NCBI GenBank assembly: GCA_963693365.1
Contig: CAVNZM010000006.1
Coordinates: 7,667,264-7,731,263 of the forward strand
DNA from: Amoebidium appalachense
Taxonomy: Eukaryota; Protista; Ichthyosporea
Direction of reading: 5' to 3'
Length of the DNA stretch: 64,000 bases
This document shows positions 31,828 through 46,244 of this stretch, in pieces; the stretch's first letter is position 1; every line of letters starts with the position of its first letter. The notes below the pieces were generated by a model that worked only from the letters and a program-made list of their open reading frames with translations, was not told the DNA's origin and did no database searches. The position numbers were made by a program, and so were the translations under genes.

Positions 31828-33060
31828 GTGTGTGTGGTGGTGGTGGTGGTGGTTGTGGTGGTGTGTGTATGGCGGGGGGAGGGGGGGGGGGGGGGGTCTG
31901 AGTAAGTGCATGAGATTGTGTGTGCAAGTACATGTGTGTGAATGTGTGAACCTGCATGCCAAAAAAGCTCGAAACTGACCCCCTTTTGTGTGTGCATGTG
32001 TGTGTGTGTGGGGGGGGGGGATGAAACCAAAGCAGAACACACAAAGACAACAAACCCTAGCACAAAGATTGAGGACACAGGATTCCAGATGAGACAAAGC
32101 AAACAAACTGAAACACCGAAAAACTGAAATAAGGGCATGTTTGGCAGCCGAAAATAATCGTATTCGTGTCATTTTGCGAAAAGACGAATACTCATGTTCA
32201 CAAAATTATTTTGTGGTATGGGTATTTAGGGGTAATGATACGATTATGGCGTACCAAACACGCCTATTTTTTTTGTAAACACGCTCCCGCTTCGACATTG
32301 ACACAAAATCTCGATACAATAAAGAATGCGAAATATCATCTTTTGTGCGATTTCATTGGTAGTTGTTTGACCAATCGTATATTAGAATAGCTAAAAGCGA
32401 TCCGATTGGCTAAAAGTTAAATCGTGTTTTCGAAAATTTTCGAAAACACGATATAACTTCAATGTCCAACGTCTTTATCGTGTCCGGAAAGCTGTGGCGT
32501 TTGGCATGACACATTTTCGGAATCGTGTCATTACGCGAAAAGACGAATACGATAATGACACGATATAACTGCGCTGCCAAACACGCCCTAAATATGCATA
32601 GGGAAGAGAAGAGCCAGCCTCGGAAAAAGAGCATTTTATATAGTGGCAGCAGCGGTCACAGTGGAGCATTAGGCCCCTTTATGGAATGGAAATATGTGAG
32701 AGAGGCATGGGGTGGGGAAGTGATGTGTGTGTGTGTGTGTGTGTTGGGGGGGGGGGGGGGGGGGGAGGGGGGGGGGGAGGTGATGCTTTATTTGGGGGGG
32801 GGGGGGGGGGGGGGAGGGGTGTGTGCGTGTGTGCGTGTGTGTGTGGGGGGGGGGGGGGGGGGGGAGGGGGGAGAGAGGGGGAGGGGGGGATATCTGCACC
32901 TGCTAGACTCTCAGCAAAGACAACCCCGTACTCGTTCTTTGCAGTCATTAGGAGGTAGGACCGGGCATCACCAAGTGACATCTTAAATTGTCAAGGCACT
33001 AGAACATCTTAGGCAATTCAATATCAAATAAAACAAAGATAGGTTGGGTTTAAACCCCCT

Positions 33061-33099
<39 letters not shown>

Positions 33100-33142
33100 A
33101 AGAAACCAAATATGACAGGTGGGATAAACACACTTTTGTTGT

Positions 33143-33187
<45 letters not shown>

Positions 33188-33720
33188 CCCCCCCCCCAAA
33201 AAAAAAAGAAAGAAAAAGAAAAAAGAAGAAAGAAAAAAGAAGAAAGAAAAAAAGAAAAGATGCATGCATCGCGAGCAGACATGCGCACAGGCACAGGCAC
33301 AGGCACAGGCACATGCACATGCATGGGGGTTGCAATCACGGATACGACTTCTGCCCTGATGATATCTCCCGGTCTGAAGCACTTGTGTATCTCAACCTTG
33401 TCTTTCTCTGTAGCACGTACGTCCCGTGATCTGTGGGTGGAAAAGTGTTGGCAGAATTTATTCGCACAAAAAACCCCAAACAGGTGATGCCAAGTCAAAA
33501 TGCCCTCTGTAAATAGTGTAAATAGTTACGCACAACCATATGCTTTAATGTAAATATCTGTGATTTGTTCCAGAGAGCATTCTCAAACCAGACTCTCCCC
33601 CCCCCCCCCCCCCCCCCCCCCCCACGTGTCTGCCACCACAACCACAGCACGCACCCACACGCATACATGCACACACAGGCACCCCCGAGAGCGCACACCA
33701 AGGGTTTTTTTTTTTTTTTT

Positions 33721-33751
<31 letters not shown>

Positions 33752-34543
33752 GGGGAGGGGGGGGGGAGATTGGGAGGAAGGAGCGAATGCTGAAGATGTA
33801 GAAACAGACCTAAAACAAGGTGTAGGGGTGGAAAGAGTGTGGGGGTTTCTTCGCTCGTCTGAGATACTGGGTGCACACAGTATGCCTACAAGAATTATTG
33901 TATCACGTACCTTACAGTGCCTCGGAATGTGTTCTTCAAAGGGGCAGAGCCCACACATATGATGTCGCACTTTGCAAACCGCGGGTTGATTCCCGTTACC
34001 TGAACCCAAAGACTCATCAGCACCCCCCCCCCCCCCCCCCCTTCCCCCCATCATCAGCAAACCCCCCCCCCCCCCCCCAAAAAAAAAAAAAAAAAAAAAA
34101 AAAAGTGTCCGGTAAAGCAGTTTGAATAAAGAAGGTAGAATCCTTGCCCAAAAGTCTGGGGTCTCACGATATATTTTTCCCGTTCCTTTTTAGCATAACG
34201 CCATTACGTAACACAGGTCCACGGGAGGTGGTGGCATACAAGATTGTGATCTCGGAAAAAAACATTCAAAATACCAAGTCTCTAAGGCCCCAATAGATTT
34301 CATCCCCTCTTCCCACTTCCCCGCCTCCCCCCCCACACACACCCCTCCCCCTTCCCCCCCCCCCCCCCCCCCCCATCCCCACCCACACCCACACACCCCT
34401 CCCCCTGTCCCTTTAGCTTGCCTGAAACACATCGATTCCATCAGATGTGAATTTGTCCCGCCGATACGCCCAAAGACCAGCGAATGTGTTTCTGTTCTGT
34501 TTTAATGAACACGCATAGTCGCATACACTAATGCATGAATGTG

Positions 34544-34637
<94 letters not shown>

Positions 34638-35069
34638 TTTTATTTTTATTTATTATTATTTTATTTTTATTTATTATTTATTTATTTATTTTTTTATTTT
34701 TTATTTTTTTTTTTGGGGGGGGGGGGGGGTTGACGTCTGTACCCCCAAGGATATGTGAAAAAAAGGTGCCCAAAGGACACAACAACACACCCCTAAAGGA
34801 AAAGAAAAGGGATCAAGGGAATACAAAACGCCGAAAGTGGGGAAAGCAATACATTGATGGTTGGCATAGAAAAGGGTAAAGGGTGTGTGTGTGTGTGTAT
34901 GTGTGGAAATAGGGGGGGGGGGGGGGGGGGGGGGGGGGGGATTGCGTGCGAGTAAAAAGGAGGAACGAGGAGGAAGGGGGCAGAGGGGGGAGGGGGAGGG
35001 GGGATGGGGGAGTATGCATTGATGGTGGAAGCGGGGCAGGAGGAGGGCAACCATTGGGAAGGGGAAGAA

Positions 35070-35115
<46 letters not shown>

Positions 35116-35665
35116 AAAACACATCAATGCAACAAAAAACATCACATATCCCAGAGACACCAAAAGTGACGTGCAAGTTAAACACAGTCCGTCATCCAGC
35201 GATGGAGGGGGGGGGGGGGGGGGAGGGCTCGAATGTGTTATAGAGTAAAAAGAACACATTTACAACGGACAACACAATGCAGAGTGCAAACCAGACATCA
35301 AGAGTAGGCACAGCAAGTAGAGCCCATCCTTGAAGGGGGGTGGGGGGTTTGAATGCGGAACACGGTACGAAGTACGCATACACGACGAGAAGCATGGTGC
35401 AGGACACATGCAAAGGCAAACATTCAAACATGCAACATCAGCCATGTGCACAGTATGCGTCATAAGCAGAGCCCATCCTCGGGAAGGAGGAGGGGGGGGG
35501 GGGGGGGGGGGATGTTACCTTTGCAATGACTACTGATCCGACTTCCGGAACTACCCCAGAATACTTATCGTGTACCACCATTAGGAGCGGTAGCTGCATT
35601 GTGAGTGAATGAGTGGTGGCTCATGTGTAAATGCAGTTACAGGGGGTCAGGTAGAAGGGGTGAAA

Positions 35666-35711
<46 letters not shown>

Positions 35712-35845
35712 AAAAAGTAGTAAAGATTACGAAGGTACACATTCATAACGGACAACAAAATGCAGAGTGCAAAACACACATTAAGAAGGGGCATGATAGG
35801 CAGTGCTCATCCGCGGGGGGACGGGGTGGGGTGGGGGGGGTGGGG

Positions 35846-35885
<40 letters not shown>

Positions 35886-36106
35886 AGCCATCCTCAGTAC
35901 AAAGTTTCGACCAGGGGTGAGGTGAGGGAGGCATATTTTTAAAAAAAACGTATGCCTTAGGGAGCGGAAGAATTTTTTTTTTTTTTTTTTTTTTTTGGTG
36001 GGGGGGGGGGGGGGGGGGGGGGGGAATAAAATAAGTGAAAACCCGAAAAAACCAACCAAACCGGTGCACATGTACCCAGGGGAGGATAGAGAAAGGAAGG
36101 GGAGGG

Positions 36107-36190
<84 letters not shown>

Positions 36191-36357
36191 CTGCTTCTGC
36201 TAAAAAGAAAACAGCAATCTATTATATGAGAACTCTCAGAATCCAAACGAAGAAACAAAAACCACACACTCCTTTTTGACACCACGTTCCCTACCGCAAC
36301 AACTCTTCAACGCTTTCTCACCAGCACATACAATCCCCCCCCCCCCCCATCCCCCCC

Positions 36358-36388
<31 letters not shown>

Positions 36389-36509
36389 AAGGGGGGGGGG
36401 GGGGGAAGGAAAACACCCCACCCCTTTTGGCCGTAATTTCCTATCCCCTTCTCCATACAACCATGAATACAATAACAGCAATAAAACAAGATACAGAAAA
36501 CAGGGGGGG

Positions 36510-36544
<35 letters not shown>

Positions 36545-37612
36545 TCCCTTTTGCTTCCGTCAGCCTCTCACTCTACGTTCTCTCCACCCTTCCCCCCCTC
36601 TCCCCCCCGATCACCACCCCACGTACAGCTATATCCCACCTTTCAGTCACACAATGAGTCGTAAAAGAATCAGACGTGAACACGCAAACACACACACTCC
36701 CCTCCTCCCCCCCTGGTCGTCTGCCCACCACCAACACAACTTCCCCCCCCCCCCCCCTCCCTTCCCCACTTCATCTAACTTTGACCAAGACTTCTCTTCT
36801 TTCCTGCACAAGCTAATCGCCTTCAGCTATAATCAATCCTGCACCGCCCCGTCTTTTCTCTATACCCCCCCCCCCCCTCCCTTCCCTTCCCTTCCCTTTC
36901 CCCTCCCCCCCCCTTCCTGTGACTTCGATCAACCCCTCCTTCCTCCACAAGCTCTTCTCCTTGAGCTATTTTCGACCCTTCACGGCCCATCTCTTTCCGC
37001 CCCCCTCCCCCCTCCTGCCCCCCTCCCCTCCCCCTCCCCCCCTCCCCCCCCCCCCCCCCCCCCCCTTTCCCTCCGCCCCCCCCCCTCCCCACCCCCCCCC
37101 CCGTTTTCCCGCGGGTTGATTGATCCATCACTCCGATCTTCTCCTCTCCATTGCTCCTCCTCCCCGCAAACATCCCCCCTCCCCCCCCACCACCCCCTCC
37201 TCCCCCCGCCCACCCTCGCCCCCTCCCCTTCCATCCCGTTCGTTCCCGCAACAGCGCTCTCTCCCTTTCCATTCTCAGTACCCCTCGTTGCCCCTTTTTC
37301 TCCGCTTTTCTTCCTGCACCCCCCCCCCCCCCCCCCCCCCCCACCTCACCACCCCCCCCACCCTTACCCCACCCCAATCCTCCTGATTTCATGTACAAGA
37401 GATGTCCTTTACTCACATCCACACTGTAAAATTATTATACTCACCTCCTTTTCCGTTGGTGCGACTCTCAACAGTGTGCCCACAGTGGAGGCATGTATAC
37501 TTGACCCTCTTACGTAAGTACCTGGGCCTGACCTGAAATCCTCTAAGTGACCAAGCCGCTGCCCGGGAATTACTACCTCCCCCTTCCCTCCATTGCTTTC
37601 CTCGTGTGACAT
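31543..37612 (-). CDS. EXOSC1: Exosome complex component CSL4 (S1 plus Zn-ribbon-like domain)
   Basis: Minus-strand exons 37612-37445 (VVIPGQRLG..SGPGTY), 35593-35519 (VPEVGSVVIAK), 33999-33911 (VTGINPRFAKCDI..FRGTVR), 33430-33346 (DVRATEKDKVEIHKCFRPGDIIRAEV), 32981-32900 (SLGDARSYLLMTAKNEYGVV), 31637-31543 (MVPVSWCEMLCPKTRTKELRKVA). Confidence 0.95.
32133..32588. mobile_element. PIF/Harbinger (Tourist-like) MITE in CSL4 intron 5
   Basis: TIR GGGCATGTTTGGCAGC / GGGCGTGTTTGGCAGC (15/16); TAA on both flanks; internal direct repeat TCGTGTCATT..GCGAAAAGACGAATAC at 32164 and 32523. Confidence 0.85.
35347..35481 (-). mobile_element. Family A tail, minus strand, flanked by diverged relatives (~35110-35332, 35720-35815, 35885-35915)
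   Basis: Reverse complement reads GAGGATGGGCTCTGCTTATGACGCATACTGTGC...CGCATTCAAACC. Sense to the minus-strand CSL4 gene. Confidence 0.8.
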
Positions 37613-38387
37613 TGTCAATATCTTGAAAAATCAGTTTCTTGAATTTGTACTGGTTTTGAGTGCGCCTGTATTACCGTCAAATGTTTAGCTTAAACTTATC
37701 CAATCCTGGTTTCCTGCAATCGCTACGTTGAGTTAAACTTTTCCAAGCCTGGTTTCCTGCAATCGCTACGTTGAGTTCATGGGCTTTCAGGCGTATACCA
37801 CCAAGAATTTTGTTTTCTGCGTATGTACTTGCTTGACACCGAATACGCATACTATACTACCGTTATATTTGCAAGTTTAGTCATAACATGGATATCGCCC
37901 AACCCTCTCTAGGCTCTCTCTCTCCCTCTCCCAACTTCAACTGTACACGGAAAAGAGCCTGTGTAAACATGTTACGTCGACTATGACGTAACAAGACGGC
38001 AGCTTCACAAACGCGGAAGGTACAATATTTGTAATTTTGCAAAAATTCTAAGACGGTCTTATTAACCCCATTTTCGGCATCAAAAGCCCCAAGTAACTGT
38101 TTTCGGTACGCAATGGCCATAAATTCCTACCGGTAGTGTGCAAGTCTACGCACATGTGTCCCACAAAAATCCCGCCCACGCCCACACACAGCCTTCACAC
38201 ACACAAAAAGCTGTAAGGGGGGACTCAGCTTGTATCACCCCTGTTTCTACCCATCTCTCTTTCACCCCTTAGTTTGTACATATCCACACACCCATTGTCT
38301 AGTTCGCTTTTGCCATAGGGCAAGAGAGATATTTCTCGCCACATCTCGTGTTTTTTTGCCTGCCCTTCAGAGGGAGATTTCCAAAAA
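37613..38387. promoter_or_regulatory. Probable bidirectional promoter (CSL4 / eRF3) containing a 43-bp tandem duplication
   Basis: Divergent ATGs ~775 bp apart; largely free of microsatellites; TTAAACTT.TCCAA.CCTGGTTTCCTGCAATCGCTACGTTGAG occurs twice (37690, 37733). Confidence 0.7.
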
Positions 38388-38747
38388 ATGGCGCAAGGAC
38401 AGGACAACTGGGACGATCAGCAGCTGGCGGATGAGACCGCAAACATGAACATGGGCGGCGGCCGCGGTCGTGGACGTGGTGGCCAAGGTGGATATTACCA
38501 GCAGGGGGGGTATAACCAGCAGTATGGAGGGGGATACTATCAGGGAGGGGGAGGAGGGAGGGGTGGACGGGGGGGCCAGCAGGGGGGTTACAACCCCGGG
38601 GCTCCCACGTTCGTCCCCCAGGCAAACGCACAGGCGTTCTACCCTGGGCAGCAGTATTACCCGCCTCAGCAGCAGGGATATGGACGTGGTATGTGCGTGT
38701 GTGTGTGGGGGGGGGGGGGGGGGGATGTGTGTGCGTGTGTGTGTGTG

Positions 38748-38793
<46 letters not shown>

Positions 38794-41382
38794 GGTGTGG
38801 GTGTGTCCATGTGTGCAAATCTGTAATAACATCTTTTGTTGTTGTTTTTTTTTTTGGTAGCTGTCTTTGCCTGAGTGTGTGGGTGGGGGATGGGCGGGTG
38901 TGATTGTGTGCGTGTGTGTGTGGATCTGGTTGGTGCGACAGGCATGCAAGTCTGGATGAAGAGTGTTGTTTATTGGTGCAATGGAGTGGGATGTGGAGTA
39001 TTCTAAAGTGGCCTGCCTGACATCTTGCGGCTTAGTGTGGGCTTTGAATTTCTGGAAAAAGGTTTGTTTTTGAAGGGTGATTGCATTTTGCACGGGTTTT
39101 GTGTGTGTGAATGTGCATGTGTGTTGGCTTGCTTGTTTCTTTCTGTCTTGCACACTAGAAGGTTCCTTTCCACGGTGTAGTCTCACCACTCACGCTGTTC
39201 GAGACACAGGTACACACAGGCATTCACACACAGACACATACTTACAGGCGAGTGCACACACACATGCAAATACATGGGCTTTGCCACGTGTACTCTTGCT
39301 CGTACGTACACACACACACTCATTCTTCTCTCTCTCTCTCTCTCTCTCCCTCTCTATCTCTCTCTCTCTCTCTCTTCCTCTCTCTCCCCCTCACATACTC
39401 ATTTTTCCCCCTTTCTCTTGATCCCTTCCCCTCCCCCTCCTCCCCCCCCCCCTCCGGCACGCTCGCTCTCCACCCTTTCCCTTGTCCCGCCCGCAAGCCC
39501 CTGTCCCATCTCCATCGCTCTGTGTCTCTTTCCTCCCTACCCCGCTCCCCTCACTCTTGCACTCTTGCGCGCTCACACCTCACTCCCTTCCCTCTCCTCT
39601 CGTGTTCCTTTTTTGACATCACCTTCATTCCAGTGAGTGCATTAACACCCACACAGCCACCACACCACACACTTTGTCCAATCCCTTGATTGAAGGTATT
39701 TTTATGTGCACGACAACCGTTGAATTTCAACTCATTTACACATTTTCTCTTTTTTCCTCGTTTCCCTTCAATTTTTTCCTTCCCTCTCCCCTCCCCCCCC
39801 CTCTTTTTTTGTTCTCTTCCCTCTTTAGGTGGGTACGGTGGCTACCAGCAGGGCGGATACGGGGGCTACCAGCAGAATTACCAGCAAGGGGGGTACCAAT
39901 ACCAGCAGGGTGGCTACCAGGGGGGGTACCAACAGGGGGGTTACCAGCAACCCGCCGCCTCCCAGCAGCAGCAGCCAGCGGCCGCCGCGGCGGGGGGCCG
40001 TGGAGGCGCACAGGCAGGCACACGGGGTGGGAGCACAGGTGGACGTGGGGGGGCACAGGCGGAAAGGGGTGGAAAGGGAGCTGCCGCCGCGGCTGCTTCC
40101 CCTCGCGTGGAGCCTGCAAAGCCCCAGGCTGCGGCCGCCCCCGCACCTACCCAATCCTCCCCTGCCCCTGCTAAGCAAGAGAAACCCGCACCCACACCCG
40201 CTCCCGCCGCTGAGCCTTCCCCGGCCGCCACGGCGAACGGAGAGTCGGATGATTGGGAGAAAGATGCGGATGAAGGGGCCACCCCCGCACCCACCCCGGC
40301 TGCGGATTCAACCCCTGCTCCGGCGGTTTCGGATTCTGCTCCGGCGACGGCGGCAGCGGGTGGAAGTGCGGAGGGTGGTGCGAGTGCGCCTGTTGCCGAG
40401 GCGCCTAAGCCTAAGCCCAAGAGCAAGAAGAGGGTGTTTGTGGAGGAGAAGGAGCACTTGAACGTGCTGTTTATCGGGCACGTCGGTGAGTGGATTTGTG
40501 TGGGAGGCCGGGGGGAGGGGAGGGAGGGGGGAGACGGGGGGCGGGGGAGGGGGGGAGGAAAGAAGGGGGTGGGGATGTGGGGAAAGTGGGTGGTGAGGAG
40601 GGGGAAGGTGAGGGTGGTAATGGTGGTGGCGGGGAGGGGGAAGGTGAGGATGGGGGGGGGGAGGGGGGGTGGTATGAGTGGGGGTGAGGTGAACTAGGGT
40701 TGTTAGAAGTGGAAGTGGGGTTTAAGAGAAGATGGGGGGAGGGGTGGGGGGAGGTGAATGGTAGGAAAAAACAACGAAGGAATGGTGGTGGATGGTTGTA
40801 TGTGTTCTTGTGTTTGTGTGTTTTTGGGAAAGGGGGGAAGGGCGAGGAGGAGGCAGGGTAGAGAGGATACATCCAACACTCTCATAATCTACTTTTGGGG
40901 GGGGGGGGGGGGGGGGGGGGATGGTGGTTGGTTGTGTGTATGTGTGTTTTTTTTTGGGGGGGGGGGGGGGTAGGTGGTCGTGTGAGAATGTGATTGGAGG
41001 GGGTGGGGGGGGGGGGGGAGAGATGGCCGATTTGGGGAACTCGGTGGAGAAGTGTTGTGAGAATCAGTCACCTTTCTTTGGAGTTTTTGCTATTTTTTTA
41101 TCATTCAATTGCGCATTCACACTCACCTGAACTCAACACACACACACTCCCTCTTTCTGTCTCTCCTCTCTCACTCTCACACATCTCCCCTCCCTTTCAC
41201 CTTAACAACCCCCCCCCCCCCCCCCCCCCCCCCCCCTCTCTCTCACTTTCACTTTCGTGTATTCGCACACAAACATGCTTAGCTTGCCCACAAACTCACT
41301 CACACGTATACACACAATCTCTCACACACCCACACATCCACACACGAATACGCCCACACACACACACTCACTCACGAACCCA

Positions 41383-41422
<40 letters not shown>

Positions 41423-41763
41423 TGCCGGCAAGTCTACCATCGGTGGTCAGATTATGTAAGTGCCATGTGTCAGTGTGCGCTTTCTATGCTTGTGGCAGAC
41501 AGGAATGAAGGAGAGGGGGTGTGGGTGCCTGTAAGACGGAAAGAGATGTGCGTGTGGAGGTGGTGTGATTGTGTGTGAGGGTGGAGGTGCGTTTGTGTGT
41601 GTTTGGGGAGAGGGGGAGAGGGGGGGGGGGAGGCGCCGTCACGGAGGGGGGGAGAGGGGGCACCGTGTGTGTGTGTGACGTGTGGGCGGGGTAGTTGCAT
41701 GTTGGGAAGTGTGTTTGGTTCTCTCTCTCTCTTGTGTGTGTGTGTGTTTGTGTTTGTTTGTTT

Positions 41764-41806
<43 letters not shown>

Positions 41807-42388
41807 ATACATACGTGTTTGTGGGTCAAGAAACAAAATTTCAGGCACACTGGTGTGTGTTTCATTTTTTTATCCATTGTCTTACCCCTGGATGAGGTGT
41901 AGTGTGTGCGCGCGCACGCGTGTGTGTTTGTCTGTGTGTGTGTGTGTGTTTGTGTGCTTTTGGGGGGGTGGGGGGGGGGGTGGGGGGAGGGGACGGGATG
42001 GAATACATAAGATTATTGGGCCGTAGAAGAAAGCCAGGGTTTTTGCCACCCTCTAACACATTCCCCCCCCCCCCCCTCTCCCCGTCCCCTCCCTCCCTCT
42101 CCCCTCCCCTCCCCTCCCCTCTCACCTCCCCCCTTTTCCAATCCCTTCACAGGGCACAGACTGGTATGGTTGACAAGCGTACGCTGGAGAAATACGAACG
42201 TGAAGCCAAGGAGAAGAACCGCGAGAGCTGGTACCTGTCTTGGTGCATGGACACGAACGCAGAGGAGAGAGACAAGGGTAAGACCGTGGAGGTCGGGCGC
42301 GCTCACTTCAACACGGAGAAGAAGGTGCGTGTGCCTGTTTTGCTTCGTTTTTTTGTTTCTTTGTTTGTTGTTTGTTTTTGGGCGGTGT

Positions 42389-42471
<83 letters not shown>

Positions 42472-42635
42472 ATGTGGAGAAGGGGGGAGGGGAAGGTGTC
42501 TGGCCCGGAGGGGGGAATTAAAATGGCTGCAGTGTGGTTCAAGCTGTTGGTTGGTGGCACCGTGTGTGTGTGTGCGCGCCCATCATTCCAACTGCCATCA
42601 AACCCCAACAACCCTCACTCACGCCCCTCTTCCCC

Positions 42636-42692
<57 letters not shown>

Positions 42693-42999
42693 ACCCTCCT
42701 TCCCCCCTCCCCCACCCATCCACCCACCCAAAACCACAAACAACAGCGATTCACCGTTCTCGACGCCCCCGGTCACAAATCCTTCGTCCCCAACATGATC
42801 AGCGGAGCCGCACAGGCAGACGTCGGAATTCTCGTTATTTCAGCACGCAAGGGCGAGTTTGAAGCAGGGTTCGACAAGGGTGGGCAGACACGTGAGCACG
42901 CCATGTTGGCAAAGACGGCCGGGATCAAGTTTTTGGTGGTGCTGGTGAATAAGATGGACGATCCGTCGGTGTGCTGGGATCCTGAGAGGTTGGTTTACC

Positions 43000-43040
<41 letters not shown>

Positions 43041-43738
43041 CCCTCCCTCCCTTCCCCCTCCCACACAACACACACACACACACACGTACACACACACTCT
43101 CGCCCTCTTTCGCATCGGATGTTTGCCTTTACATGTGTCCTGCACCGGATTTATCATCTGGAAGTTGTACTTAGTGCCGTGTTCCACATCCTACCCCTCG
43201 CCTCCCCTCCGCCCGGTTATCTTTTCCTGCCCACACCACTACAACACCACACACACACACACACTCACACTCACACTCACACTCACACTCACACTCACAC
43301 ACTCACACTCACACTAGGACAAAAGGACAAAAAGAAAAGCGAAAGCCTTCCCCAATTGCAGACAGAGATTCATCTTGCAGCCTCTGCGGCCTACCCGAGC
43401 CATCCACCCACCCACTCAAATGCACAACCACCACCTTACAGTAACCTCCGTTATCCATTGTGACTGTGCATGTGTGTCCGTTTTCTGACCCATTTTTTAA
43501 CAGATACGATGAGATTGTGAACAAGCTCACACCCTTCCTCAAGAAGACGGGATACAACATGAAGGATGGTGGGTACACACACGCTCATTTCATTTGATCT
43601 CTCGCTCATCCACACGCCCATTTACACACACACACGCAGACGCACACATACACGCACACACACACACACACAGACACAGACACCCTCTCTTTCCCTTACT
43701 TTCTCTCTCCCTCCTTTCTTCTTTCTCCCCCACGCATA

Positions 43739-43783
<45 letters not shown>

Positions 43784-44579
43784 CACACCTTTTCTTTTCC
43801 GTTCTCTCTCCTTTTTTATTCTTTCTCCCCTTCCCTACCTTCCATCCGCGCGTCTCTCTCCCTCCCTCCTTGACGCCTTTCCTCGACACCCCTCCCCCCC
43901 CCCCTCCCCCCCCCCCCCCCCCCTTGGGTTTCGTTAACGAGGGGAATAGGTCGAAACTCGGGTACTGTGGATGACGTGGGCCCCCCCTGAGGATGGGCTC
44001 TGCTTATTATGCATACTCTTTATGTATGGCTTGCATTCTGCATCGTGTTATCCGTTTGTTCTTGTGTACTTCGTACTTTTTGACGCATTCAAACCCCCCC
44101 CCCCCCCCTTCCTTCCTCTCTGTATGAGCATGAGTTGCGCTTGCAAGGTTTGACGTGTGGGCCTATTTGATTTGTTTACGTGCAGCACACCACACACATA
44201 CACACACACACACATGCACATACACGCACACGTTCGCCGGCACGTTTGCTTAACTTTATGCAACACGCAACTCTGCACGTGCCCCTCTCCCCTCTCCCCC
44301 CCTCCCTTCCTTGCCTCCCGAAGTTACATGTATACATGCACGCAGACACGCACACACACATGCATGAGTGGGCACACAAGCACGCATACACACACTGTGA
44401 AGACCACTCCCTATCCCTTCACTCCCCGTTCCCCTCCCCCCCACCTGCCCCTCCCTGCCGCCCTCCCTCCCTCTTTCCCTCTCCCTCCTTCTCTCCCGCT
44501 TCCTCCTTTCCCCCTCCTCCTCCCCCCTGTAGGAGTAAAAAGGAAGAAGTCTCTGTCTCTCATGTGCACCATATAGTGT

Positions 44580-44618
<39 letters not shown>

Positions 44619-44765
44619 TGTGTGGGTGTCTTCAATTATTTCTGACTGTCTGCACACCCACAGTGCACATCCTGCCTGCGTCTGGCCTTACGGGTGCAAA
44701 CATTAAAGATGGCATTCCCGCCGGCACCTTTGACTACTATAAGTGAGTAGATTACCTACACCCCC

Positions 44766-44797
<32 letters not shown>

Positions 44798-44848
44798 CAC
44801 ACTCACACTCACTCACACTCACTCACACTCACTCATTCACTCATTCAC

Positions 44849-44879
<31 letters not shown>

Positions 44880-45115
44880 TACACAAACACAGGAAGCTTT
44901 ACACATACACGCATATGCACGCAGAACACACCCACGTACGTAGGGGTGCATATGATACATACACACCAAGAAAAGAAAAAGCAAAAAAGAAAAGAAAACC
45001 TCACACACTTGCACACAAACAAGCGAGCAAGCAAGCAACACACATATATGCGCACCCGCGCATTCACTTTTTTTGAACTCCTGCCATGTGGCGTCAACAG
45101 GGTTCTGCACACACA

Positions 45116-45189
<74 letters not shown>

Positions 45190-45419
45190 CCCCCTCCCCA
45201 CCCACCTACTCACCCCCCCTTGGAGCGTCGTATATACGCGGGCTAAGGGGTCGAAACTCAGACGCAATTGATGACTTGGGCCCTCCCTGAGGATGGGCTC
45301 TGCTTATGACGCATACTGTGCGCATGGCTGATGCTGCATACTTGAATGTTTGCCTTTGCATGTGTCCTGCACCATGCTTCTCATCGTGTATGCGTACTTC
45401 GTACTGTGTTCCGCATTCA

Positions 45420-45460
<41 letters not shown>

Positions 45461-45932
45461 CGCCCTCCACACACACGTACACGAACACAGAGGCCCCTCC
45501 CTTCTGGACTACCTCGACAATCTCAAGCCGATGGAGCGTATGAACGAGGCCCCCGTGCGCCTTCCCATCATCGAAAAGTTCAAGGACATGGGGACGATGG
45601 TGTTGGGCAAGCTGGAGTCGGGCGTTATCACTAGGGGCGACAGTCTGATGCTGATGCCTAACAAGGTGTGTGGGGTTATTTATCATTATTCATCTTCTTC
45701 TCTTTTTTTTTTTTTCCCTTTCCGCTTTCTAATTCTTGTGTTTCCTGTGTGTGCGTGTTTGTTTGTGTTTCTGTGGCTGTGTTGGGGAAGCTGGAGTCGG
45801 GCGTTATCACGAGGGGCAACAGTCTGATGCTGATGCCTAACAAGGTGGGCGGTAGGTTTATTCGTTGTTTTTTTTCCATTGGTTTTTTTGGGGGGGGGGT
45901 GGGGGGGGGGGGTGGGGGGGGAAAGAGTGGGT

Positions 45933-45963
<31 letters not shown>

Positions 45964-46202
45964 CTGGCCGGGGGGAAGAGGGTTGGTGTGTGTGGGGGGG
46001 GGGGGAAGGGGGGGGGGGGGGGGCTTTAGTCTTTTGTTTCTGTTTCTTGTGTCCCATTTCTTTGTTGAGGTGACCTCTACCTGCACGATGGTTTTGGTCC
46101 GTTTGGTGTCTTGGTTATTTTAGTTTTGGAATGTTTTTGCGTCCATAATGTTCACACTCTAAACGTATACATGACCCCAACTTTGCCGCGCCGCATGCAC
46201 AC

Positions 46203-46244
<42 letters not shown>

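Noticed and set aside
42403-42469. Very long poly-G/poly-C runs as G-quadruplex regulators
   Set aside because: They are ubiquitous in this window and homopolymer lengths are unreliable in assemblies, so no specific claim can be supported.
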